From contig MNCI01002198.1 in NCBI GenBank assembly GCA_015680685.1, positions 62,001 to 126,000 on the forward strand: a DNA stretch of 64,000 bases. Direction: 5' to 3'. The notes beneath the pieces are model-generated. The model did no database searches and was not told where the DNA came from. It was given only the letters and a program-made list of their open reading frames with translations. The stretch's first letter is position 1. Each line of letters begins with the position of its first letter. The position numbers and the translations under genes are program-made. The stretch is from Gnetum montanum. Lineage: Eukaryota; Plantae; Gnetophyta. Shown here one piece after another: positions 38,351 to 49,900 of the stretch.

Positions 38351-38693
38351 TCATCCTCTGCATCAGTGAATAGAACTCGATTTGCATTTGCTACAGGAGG
38401 TGGCTTGTGGGGAAATAATGCAGCATTAAAGTATGGGTGGAACTTTTGCACAACTTTCATAATTTCTGCTGGAACTAAAGCAAGAGATTGCTTTTTTGTA
38501 CTTTCTACCAATGCTGCTGCCATCGTTTTCTTCTGTTGGGGCTGAGTAGCTACTGACAAATTTGTTCCACTTGCCACTGGTAGCTTCTGGGAATGTAAAG
38601 TTTCCACAGATGGAAGATGAAACAGGGGCACCCTCTCACAGTGACTGTGGTATTCTCTAAATTGCACATGATGCCGTTGATATTGTAATGAAA
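38351..38693 (-). CDS. DUO3: DUO3 coding exon 2
   Basis: Acceptor TTTTCAG at 38694 after a 92-bp intron. Reads ..KKTMAAALVESTKKQSLALVP..FPHKPPPVANANRVLFTDAEDE. Donor GA|GTATGT, phase 2. Confidence 0.92.
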
Positions 38694-38785
38694 CTGAAAA
38701 TTTAAAACAAGCAAACCACTTACATGTTTACGGGCAGAGTAAGTTAATACAAAAATAGTGAACGCTTCCAAGATGAAGCACTTAC

Positions 38786-40493
38786 CAGTTGCAACCTCAC
38801 TTACAAAGTCCCTAAGATGGACAACTGCCCCTACATCCAGCACTGAATATATTGGACCAGAAACCATTGGGGCCCATCCTGACTGAACGGCATTTGTAGC
38901 AGAATCTCCTAAAGAAACGTCAGGATGCTTGGACAACTGAAAATTGGCATTATCAGCTCCATTGCAAGGAGTAATCATATTAGAACTTAGTATGGAAGAA
39001 TTCCATGAAAATTGGGCCGGAGCTTGGGGCTCAGAAGGGCATGACATTGTTGCAAATCCTTCAGACATGGATGGTAATGGATGTAACGAGATATTCTCCA
39101 GCACTGAAGGATGAATGAAAGGAGGGTGAAAACAGAAATCAGGATGTGGAGTTTTTCTCCATGATAACACTTGGTCACGCCTGTCAACTATCTCAACCAA
39201 CATCCTACGCACTTCCTCTGCAATTTGCTGCCGAGATGGCTCCAAAATACAAAGAGAAAAAACTTGAATAAGCAATTGGACATGCTCATTTATTAGACAG
39301 TATAACTGCCCTAGCTGATGAGTTGTAAATACATTTGGTAAGTGTGACTGCTCAGTTTGATGAGTACTAAATAATATTTGATCACATTGTACGTCCCTTT
39401 TCTCTGCAACAAAGGAAGCTGACAGTGGTTTTTTATTTGAAGGCAATAAAGGACGAAGCCGTGCCTTTGAAAGTTCAATTTCCCTTTCCTTGCACTGGGT
39501 AGAATTTCTTCGATGACATTTTTCTCTTGTTTCAGGTCCAGACGCTGTTTCCCAACGTTTTCTTTTATGATTCTTTCTGCAAATTGTTTCATCTTCACTT
39601 TCCAAAGCTTCTTCAATTTCCAATTCAAAGTCTGCATCATTTTCTTCATCATCATCTTCATCCTCAACTTTGTTCTGATTGGCATCGAGCCCACTATTTC
39701 TATCAGAACTCTGTGTAACAGCAGCCAAGAACTTCCGATATTCCTCCTCATCATCCACATTCTGAAAATAGTCATCTTCATCTGATTCTTGAAGGAAGGT
39801 TTCAAGCTCATCAAGAGATAAATCAACCAAAGAATAATGGGCTCTAGTTCGCTTACAGATCGCATCTTCTACATCTTCATCATTGGTTTGACATACTTGT
39901 CTTTCAATAGATTTTCTTGGGCTTTTCAAATCTGGTAAAGAGTCCATTGTTTGGCCTAGCAATTCTTCTTCGGACCTTTCAGTTAACTTATTTGTACTTT
40001 CATCAAGCCCAGACTCGTTGCATGCATTATCCTCTGTTCCTTCATCCAATTTGCTTTGAAGTTCACCAGGATAATCCATGGCTGCAGTTGATTTTACTGT
40101 TTTATCTGAACTGAACGTGGAAACTTGTTGATGGGAGATTTCATCAACACCATTTGCAGTTTCAGTTTCTTCTCTATCATTATATCTGTCATCACAGTTT
40201 CCTCTATCTTTGATGTCCATCCCCAAATCCGACCATGGCATTCCCTTTTTGCTGCCCAATAATTCCTCTGATGGAAATTTGGTTTCTTCATCATCCTCAT
40301 CACCAACATCTTCTGATTCTTCATAATCATTCTCTGAACTAATACTAGAAGAAGCTTCCCCAGATGGACTACACTGCAAAAAGGGATTGAAATCAAAATC
40401 ATCATCCTCTTCTTCATCATCATGTTCCACATTATCAGTTCCATCCCTATCCACCTTTGCAGGAGAGACTGCAGCTGCATCATCACTTGCCAT
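38786..40493 (-). CDS. DUO3: DUO3/GON-4-like protein, coding exon 1 (acidic N-terminus, EDAICKRTRAHYSL motif)
   Basis: Long ORF with DFDFNPFL, EDAICKRTRAHYSL..LDELETFLQESDEDDY and QLYCLINEHVQLLIQVFSL, as recalled for plant DUO3. Donor ACTG|GTAAG at 38785, phase 1. Confidence 0.9.
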
Positions 40494-42070
40494 TATTGCT
40501 TGTACAACACCCCTGATAGCACTGCGTTGCCTAACAAGATATTGTTGTTATTAGGGTCAGCAACAGAGGGAATGCCTCCATTGGACCAATAAGAGCATAA
40601 ATAAAACCCTGAGAATTTTAAAATATCTCTTCCAAAAGATTCAACTTGCTGCACACCAAAGGAAACAAATTACTTCCTTCTGACAATGATTTCTTAATCC
40701 TAATTACCACAAAGTTCTAAAAATGAAATAAAGACAAATGTATAATCTCTTACATTCTCTGCACAAAAGAAATGATATCTACCATCTCTGTGAAGTCCTT
40801 TTTTTAATTATTCAAAAAGATTTACTAAAACAGGTTTTTTATTTTTGTCTTCTTGTAAAGCAGTGCTAATTTACAAGAATTTATTGAGAAAATAACAGTT
40901 CTATGTGGTTTTCCTCTGGTGACAACTCTTTGCAAAATCATTCCAGCCTTGATGGCGTCAAAGCAATTATTGGAACATACATTCTAGACTGCAGATTTAT
41001 ATGCAAATAAATAGATGTATTTCCTACTAATGTTGCAACCATTCACAAAAGGGTGATTCATGTTCATTCATTGCATAACCACTTACACACCTCATGAACA
41101 TGAACATATATCTCCATACTTTCATAGAGTCATCAATGGCGTCTTCATCTAAATATTTAAAAGGGATGTTATGCAATGTAGTTTGATTGTTTAAGAGAAA
41201 TGAGGCTTCACAATGTATTTTCGTGCTCTCTACCCTCTGGTTAACAGGGTGCCCAATTAATTACCAACTGGGAAAGGGGGAGAGACAACAGTGTAATGTG
41301 TCATGCTTAGGGTTTCCAATGCTGATTCTGAAAATTGCCTAAAATCTTTGTTCACGATGCATTCCTAGAATGTACATAAAGATATCCTGCATTCACAAAC
41401 TTACTTTGGATATATTATTTTGTTCCTGTGTTTGCAAAGCATGTGAACCATGGGATGTCATTGATTCTTCCAAAGTAAAAAGGTGCAATTTCTATAGAAT
41501 ATCGTTTGTTTATTCATAGCTCTTAAAAGTTCAAAATTGTGACACTGGAAAATTTATGGAAGTAGAGAAATCTCTAACTGTGACAAAAAGAAACAAAACA
41601 AATGCACAACATACTAACGCATTGGGAAGAAAAGAAAATTAATCCTAAGACATACACTTTACTTTAAAAAACATCCAAAGACTTTCAAAAGTACTGTTTA
41701 GCAATCAATCGGCAAGACTTTACATTTTAAGATCCAGATATTGTTGTTCATAAAAATTTTATTAGAAGTATGTTACACAATTAGAAATCTTTTTGACTGT
41801 TTCTCTTTGCTTTAAAATACATAGACGGTGGCAATGCGAGAATAAAGTGCATGCTGTATTTACTATATGACATGTGAAATATAAAAATTATTTGGAGATA
41901 ATGCTGTTGAATAATGTTGATTGGCTAATCGATTTGTTCAAATATTGCGTTAATGCAGCTGTAGAATGCTGATTGGCTCCTCATTGTTTTCTATATTCTG
42001 TTAATGCTTCGATAGGATTTAACTTTGAGTGGACAACCTAAAGTTGAAGACATGTGGAGCAGAAACTCAC

Positions 42071-42093
42071 CTGACGTTCTGCCCCAAATTTAC
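42071..42093 (-). other. candidate 23-nt 5' micro-exon of DUO3
   Basis: Flanked by acceptor GCTGTAG and a strong donor CAG|GTGAGT. A matching acceptor TTGTTAG lies at 40531, just upstream of the ATG. Confidence 0.45.
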
Positions 42094-42363
42094 CTACAGC
42101 AACATCCAATTCCGAATTCAGATACAGTAAACTACCCAAAAAACCATAAAACATGCACCGTACGTTAGGGTTTGATAATCAACCTGAGCATGCAGGACAC
42201 AAAGCTACCTTTCCCAACATGAAACAACATAGTCTGGGAAAACCCTAGGGATTGAACTCGAATGAGAAATAAAAATGATGAATATGAACCCAGATGAAAT
42301 TCAGGAACAGAAATATTCTCCAAAACAAAATTGTGGAAACGAGAAAAAATAAAATGCAGAAAC

Positions 42364-42880
42364 CTTGCTGCTGGAAACAAAGAGCATCATAAGATAACGG
42401 TTGCACTCCTGCTGGCTGGCTGCTCCTGCCGTTTGGCCTGCACTCGTGTGAAATTCTAAAAAATTACAACGAAGAAACCTTGTACCAGACTCACTACGTT
42501 TGCAGAGCGTCGGCAATGTCTAGAGCAGCATATTCACTGTGTATGCGTGTGACTTATTTTAACTGAACCGTTGTCTCTGTTCCGGCACTTAAACGAAGCC
42601 GATATCTTTAATACCTATTTCGTATAATTTTGGGAGGCAGCCTCGTTTACTTTTTCATCGCGGGTTCCCGATGTTACAGCTAACTCAATTTTTAAAACCG
42701 TAAAAACATGTCCGTTTGAAAAAATAAAACTAAAAAAGAAAAGACTGTAAAAACAAAAATAGAGTAGGGGTCAGTTGCTGTCGAAACCAACGGCGGATAG
42801 AACGGATGAGCATAAACAGCAGGGGTGCCTTTCAAGTGGCTTCTAACTATCCGTGTCACAAGTCTCTCATGCCACGTTAC
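42364..42880 (-). promoter_or_regulatory. CpG-retaining promoter/first-exon region of DUO3
   Basis: CpG-rich relative to the CpG-depleted flanks. Donor AAG|GTTTCT at 42363 is followed by a T-rich intron with telo-box-like AAACCCTA motifs (about 42165 and 42240). Confidence 0.5.
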
Positions 42881-43492
42881 TTTTAGAGTCATTCGATATT
42901 GTTAAATTATCTGTGCTGTAAATCTCTTACATGATATTGTTAAAATTATTGTATAGAATAGAGTTCATATATTAATTACAAGAATGTAGGATAGATAGTT
43001 GCATTCTTTTTCAACTGCACTTCCAATTTGCAATCTAATATACACTTTCATTTAGAAAAATGTGCATAAAATACAAACATCACATGCTTAACACCAAAAA
43101 TAACATGAAAACCAAAATCTTTTCAATTTTAAGGATGTCAACTTAGATATATAACCTTGCAATTAATGCTTTCGAAAATCAAGAGAGGAAAATTAATTGT
43201 TGGTAAGAAGAATAATCGATGAGAGGCAGCTCAAGTGGTTAATTATTATCTTATTAGGCAAGGAGTTGCCAGTTCAAGTCACACTTCAAGCATTGTTATA
43301 TTCCTCTATAATTCTTCTAAAGTATCATGTTGGGGTGTACTTCTATAGTCATTATTTCACATTCCAATCCTTGGCCCCCAAAAGTTAGTATTCCAATCCT
43401 AACAATTTAAGCTTTGATGAAATACCAACTTTTGTAGGAAAGAAATATCCAATGTACACCTTTTAGAGTATCACAACCTAAAATTTTGCATA

Positions 43493-43538
43493 GTAGCCAA
43501 CCCCATCTTGTTGGGACAAGGATAGGATGATGAGGATG
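43493..43538 (+). mobile_element. 46-bp RTE-LINE 3' tail insertion with an 18-bp TSD
   Basis: GTAGCCAACCCC..TGGGACAAGG plus a (GAT)n-like tail, matching the typical plant RTE 3' end. TSD AACCTAAAATTTTG(C/T)ATA at 43475-43492 and 43539-43556. Confidence 0.8.
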
Positions 43539-43960
43539 AACCTAAAATTTTGTATACATTTAATTATTTAATGTAATGCCTGTATTTAATTATTTACTTT
43601 TATCAAAAATGTTTTAATAGGTTATTTTCAATTTCATAGACTAAGTAATATGATTATATTGTTTTTATTGTTGTTGTTCTTTTACTGAAGTACATAGAAT
43701 TTGTTTGTTAAAGTATATTGTTAAAGATTGTATCATTTGCTTCTTAGTGCTATTGATACTAATCATGGATTTTTTATATATTTAATGGTTAAATGTTGAT
43801 ATCCAATTACCCTTGGAAGTTTTTCTTCTATCAGTTATCATGCATTTACAAATATTTTACAATACACATCTTATTCTTTATGCACTTTTTAGTCTTTATT
43901 TTGCAAACTTAGTTATGCATATTTTATTCTTGCTATGCCCATATAATTATATAATACCAT

Positions 43961-46900
43961 TGATGAGCAATGGAGTAATCCAACACCCAACTATACAAAT
44001 CATAGGTGTTCACGCTTAACCAGATCGTAATCTGTAGACGAGGCAATGTGATTATGCTAGCAATTGGTTAAAGCTCAAGACCATTGTCTTCCCACATGAG
44101 CTAGTGAAATCTATGGGTCTGATTTAACTCACAATGAGGTATATGATATGTTGATGTTAATAGGCCATTTCTCCTAACAAATACAGTAAAGTGAAAAGAG
44201 TTTCTAATTTTAAGGAAAACAATCAACAATTCTATTCTATCCTATGGCAATGGATATCCAATCCTGATTTACCATACACACCTTGGACTCATGTAGCCAT
44301 CACTGAGATTACCAAGTGTACCACTACTGAGCAAATCAAGCAATAACACTAATGGGTCATCATATAACTACACTTAGTGCTCAAAACCAATCGTATCCAT
44401 ACCGCTTAACAACAGTGAAAGTAAAGTGCATGGAAAAGTAAACATTAACTAGGAAAGCAGTAACTCGTAATCTAAGTGAAAACAGTAAACATTATTCTAG
44501 GTAAACATTAAGAGAACTAAGTGGATGTTGTAATGGTGACAAGTAATCTCGATCTTTATTGCTAGTCATGAAATGTGTCCAAGTACACTTCACTTGAATA
44601 AAGACTTTGTACCATCACTCAACACCACACTGTGGGCATGCACTACTAAGTACCTAGCACTAAAATCGTGGAAACAAACTGAAAGAGTTACACTACTATG
44701 GGCTGAAATCTATTGTGGATCCATGTGCCTAAGTGTTGTATTTATAAGCTAGCATGCATCCTGTGATATCACATATACAGCAATGTAGCTAGTGCTACAA
44801 TATTGAAGATATGATACTGTATATTTGATATCGTAGTCCCCTAAACTTCGATTTATCATACCCCCATGACTAACTAAAAACTCATCCTCGAGTTAAAACA
44901 AAATGAGGATAGAGTTCCCTGAAAAATTAAGAGGTAGATTTACATGACACTTTATGCCGCAGTGATGTTTTACAGAAATAACACAAGACATGATAAGACA
45001 AACTTTGATAAAAAACAAAATTGGATGAAGCTCAATGTGGCCTATGTAGTTCATGATGGTGGTGGCTCCTCCATCGGTTGCTTGTCATCAAGCTTTTGGA
45101 GTTTGTATTTGTTCAAGAGTGCCTGCTTGAAGTTTTTCCTCCTCCATTCTTGGATCATGTATCATCCATGCTTGTTATGCAATGTGTAATGAAGTGGGTA
45201 CATTCCATGGACATGGTAGCTGCGAGAACATCCAATTGGCCTTGCCATACCATGTCGCAAACTATCTTCTCTCTTCTTTAAATGCTTTGGCCTTTTCTTC
45301 TAATTCATGGTAATTTGACAATCTTTTGGCCAAGTTTGCTGCAACATGTGTTTTGCCCTTGGTAGCTAGCCTTAACTACTTTTAATTCAAAGTTTGCCAT
45401 TTGAAGTTTCTACAAGGCATTTTTCCAATCTGTAAACCCTTTTTCATATAAGGCATATGTGGCTGCTACTTACTATTCAAGTTCATTTCTAGGCCTACCT
45501 ACTATCAACATGGCCAAGTTACCATAACGAAGGTTAGCTAACCCCATGTATTCTTTTAAATCCTCTATATGCCGGCCTTTGTTTTTGACTTCCACTTGGT
45601 GGATGTGAGCATAACTGTCCAAGATGGGCTACCAATTTGGGTTCTATGCTGATATGGCACTAATTCAGGCCTTAGCTAGTTGAATCTCCTTCTTATTGAT
45701 TTGCTTGTACATCCCCACCTAGTCACGAAGTGTTCCTTGAGCCTCTCATGCTTCTTAGCTTCATTTTGGCACATGCTGATTTCAATGGTTGATTTTTGTC
45801 TAATCGCATGTACCTCTTCCATTAAGAGGGTCCAGTTTTCTCTTGCCAAGTGGCTCATGTCTTGGTTAATCCTCATCAGTTGTTCTCTTAACCAATGGAT
45901 GCTTTCCTCTAGGATCTTCTTCTGCTTCTCAATGTTGGTTAACATGGTGTTATCTACAGCGAACTATTTATTCTCTTCTTGTGTTATGGTGAGTGCCTTA
46001 GCATGTGTGTATGCTTGTGCCTCTACTACTAACACATTCCACACTACTTTCTCCTTCTCATTTTCCATTTACTTGTTCTACTCTAACATGCAATTAATTT
46101 GCTCTATTCTAAATTGTTCAATCTGGTCAGGTGTAATGAATTGAATTGGGTCTTTGCATTCAACCTTCAAGGTTGTGAGCTCTTTCTATAATCCAAGGAT
46201 TTTAGGTTCTGCATGCTTCACCCTAGTCTTGGCCATAACCAGCTTACCCTTAGTGGCAATTAGTTCTAACTGCACTACAATGACATCACTTAGGATGTCA
46301 AAAAGAGTAGTCGTCTCTTGTCTAGTCTGCAGCTGTTGATCTAGCACATCCTCGTGATCAGTAGGAGTCATTGAGGTTCTAGCTAACATCTAAGCATCTT
46401 TACCTCTAGTTAGATCCACTGGTGACATAACAAGTATAATGAAGGATTCCTTGATGTGATTTGTGATCACTTCTACAGCTCATGCAGCATCTTGGTGCTA
46501 CATGACCACAACTATGGCTCCTTCTCTATTTCAAGCACCATTTGAAATAATGCAGCATTCCTAGAAATCTATTGTGACCATTAGGCCTCTCCTCCTAACT
46601 GCAATGATATCTATTCACTAACAGGGTTCATGAAAATGGTGGGCTGAATGGCAATATTAATCACTCTGTAGAGGTTGGTGTCCTCTCGTGTTCCCCAACT
46701 GATAGTTTATGCAATCTATTGCAGGTGACTCATTGATGGCTTGTAGTCTTTCTATAGCGGTGGTGGAACTTGTTGTTGCTACTACTAATCATTAGGACCC
46801 GCTTGCTATTGTTTTTCAATTTGTGTGATATCCCTAGCTTCTGTCTATTCCTCCACCTAATCTTTCTTTGGTGGTGCTGGCTTGAGCATTTTATCATATG

Positions 46901-49900
46901 AGGCATTTTGAGCTTTCCTAAGGACATCATTAGTATACCCCAGGATTCTAGCATGTTTGCATAGCTTCCTAATAAGACAAGGAAATGGAAGTGTGAGCTT
47001 CCCTTTCTTCTTTTCCTCGAACTACCTTTGAATTTCTATAAAATAGAGTTGTGTAAGATTGGCATTATACTTTTCCATCAAAATTGCACTTCCTCTAGCT
47101 ACATCAATGGATAACCTGTTGAGTCTTTTGGTGGAATATTGGTGATATGTGCCAATTTTAAAATAGATTCTCTCCTCCAGCATTAATTCATTATATTCCT
47201 TATCTTTTTTGCCATGCTCTTCTCAACCACAATTTTCTGGTTTTTGTGTTTGATCTAGTGGATAGATGTGCTAATCTTGCCCCTTCATCGAGCACATTCA
47301 GAACTTCTGCTATTGCCTTCACTGAGTATGAAATAAAGACTCACTCTATGTTGATTGTAACATCTTCTTTTTTATTGTGCCAAAATTGGTAAGTCTCCCC
47401 TAGATACCATTCACCACTATTTGATAGGATGGGCCATAGCGGTGACACTTGGAGTTGCATCCTTACCACCTCTAGAACAAATTCTATGAATGGAGCAAAG
47501 TTCATCTCCATAATTACTATGGTTAGGAGCATCTTCTCTTGGATGATTTGGAGGCATTCTTGTAACAGCATGAGGCGTTGTCCTTGGGCTTGTGGTTCTT
47601 TTGCCTCCCCCTAAGTTGACTCTCTGGTATCAAGAGTTTCTTGATGGATATTGAAAGATTGAGCCTCTTGCAACATGTTCTACTTATGGCTCTTGTGCTC
47701 TTATTTGGCCCCTTCCTTAGCCTCTTGGTCGTTTGCTTGCCAGTTGTGAGGGTCTTCCTATTGCTCCTCTTTTTGGGGCCATCTATAATCATTAAGGATT
47801 TAGGAATTATTAAAATGTGTTATCTAAGTCTGATAACTCCTCTCCTTCCTGATACCTTTAGTTAGATTAAATTCTTAGCTTGCTATGATTGCAGAGTTAG
47901 AAAAATTTTTAAAAAGAAACCCCATAAGTGTTAATTTTCTTATAAACCCCCACAATTATTTATTTTGTTATTGTTTATGGCTCATCATGGTTGATATGGT
48001 TCATTAAGAGGATGATTTAAGAGTTTCTAGTGTTAATGTGATTAATTTTTGTTTAAAATTTTTAACTTTCCTTTCATGCTTACCCTTATAATACCTTCTA
48101 GGTGTTAGTAAATTCTGACTTCAATTTTTGTTATATCCCACTAGGCACACCCCCACAACTAAGTTGAGAGCTTTGTGATCAAACAAGTTCAAGAAGCATG
48201 AAAATTGGAGCTACGAGTGTGGAGTTATGATGATTGGAAGTTTAGAGGTTAGAGCTTAGATTGTAGAAGAAAAATCGTAAAATCTCCCTTGGCTCAAATG
48301 TGAAAAGTGAAGAAAATTTGGCTAAGTGTTTGTGTATATAGATTTTATGGGCTTTGATATTGGAGATCCAATATCGAAGGCAGAAAATTCACATTTTTTG
48401 ATAATATTTTAGGATAAAAAATGGATCATTTGGGATGTTTGAAAGGTATAAAGCATGTTCAAAGGATTTCAGGCTATTGATGATGCATATTTTTTGAGAA
48501 TTTGGCATAGAAATTTCATAAAGAAGGAATCTTGAGCTACGAAAGTTCATGAAGTGTTGATAATATGGATGACATGGGTAATGAGTTCATGTTATTGGAA
48601 TGGATAGTTTGAGTGATAAGGGAAATTTTTATTGACATTTATTAGTGTTAGAAGGCTTAAGATGATGTGGAATCACTTAGTAGGTATAAGATACAATAGT
48701 TATACAAGTGGGTCCTCCCCAAAGCAGGCTCTAGCCCTTAATGCCCTTGTATAACTACACCTAAAAGTGTTCTTAGGCACTTGAGGAGTTGAATGTAATG
48801 CATACTTGTTAAGCAAAACACACATGTTAGTACCACCGAATTAGGAAAATTATGATATGTTACACAAAATGACAAGTTATGATCATTCATATAGTAAGAT
48901 GAAATGGACTTAGAAGGGATTGCAAAAATCGGGACATGAGGTATCTTACCATAGACATAATGAATTCTTATGTTTTATTAGTGGTTAAAGTAATCCTAGA
49001 CTTTTTGTCCAAGATTCAAACCAAGTCCAAACCACATTTTAGGGACATTGCCTTGTCTCATCTCCTGGAATTGCAATTATAAGACTACCATTATTGTAAG
49101 AAGTATTGTCACTTGATGTTTTGTCCAAGGGAGGAGTTTAGTCATTGCACATGGTTTTAGATTCCTGAGAAGCCACCTACCTTTAAGCATGGGTAACATG
49201 TCTTTTCAATGAAACCCCTAGAAATTTATTCTATGCATGAGTTTTATTTTTATCTGTGTCAACCTTACCAGAGGACTACCTTCAGGCATGGGTAACATGC
49301 CTTTCTAGTGACATGATAAGGTAGCACTTATTTTACTCTTACTCCCATTTTTCGTTAGATCTAGAAGGATATAATACAACCTAACAACAAGATAAAACTA
49401 ACATAAGTGATCCAAGAGAGTCCACAAATCTCCTTGATGTCACACCCTTTACATTCCCACTTGGTTCTTTACTTTTCAATCTAGGCATAATGATTAGAAG
49501 TTTATTCTTAGTTGTATGATGGAAAGAACATTATTATGGCCATGGTAAGAACCTCTTATTAATGGAATGGATGGATGAATGTTGTGGTCTCGCTATTCAA
49601 ATAATTAGTTCCTTGTAACTTGATAAGATAGCGAAATCTTCACTTTATTGGACAACATCTTTCCTTATTCTTAATGTGTTTTATGAACAATCAAAATTAT
49701 TTACAAAGGTCATGAAACAAAGTATGAAAAAGATGGTAAGAATTGGAAAAATATGTAAATAATGGAAATCACTAAAGAATTGAAAATTGTGAAAGAATAT
49801 AAAAAATTTAAGAAATGAAAAAGTATAAAAGAATGAAAAAATGTCAAAGAATGCGACAAATGAAAAGAAAAGAAAAAATCTAGTAAAGTACCTATGGTTC

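Noticed and set aside
39311-40486. Alternative-frame ORFs of 184 and 130 aa overlapping exon 1
   Set aside because: Shadow frames of GAT/GAA-rich acidic codons; no independent evidence.
43961-47987. TGATGAGC...GCTCATCA as a single 4-kb LTR or TIR element
   Set aside because: There is no TSD, and the PPT at 44859 plus homology with 57645-58553 define a ~900-bp LTR instead.
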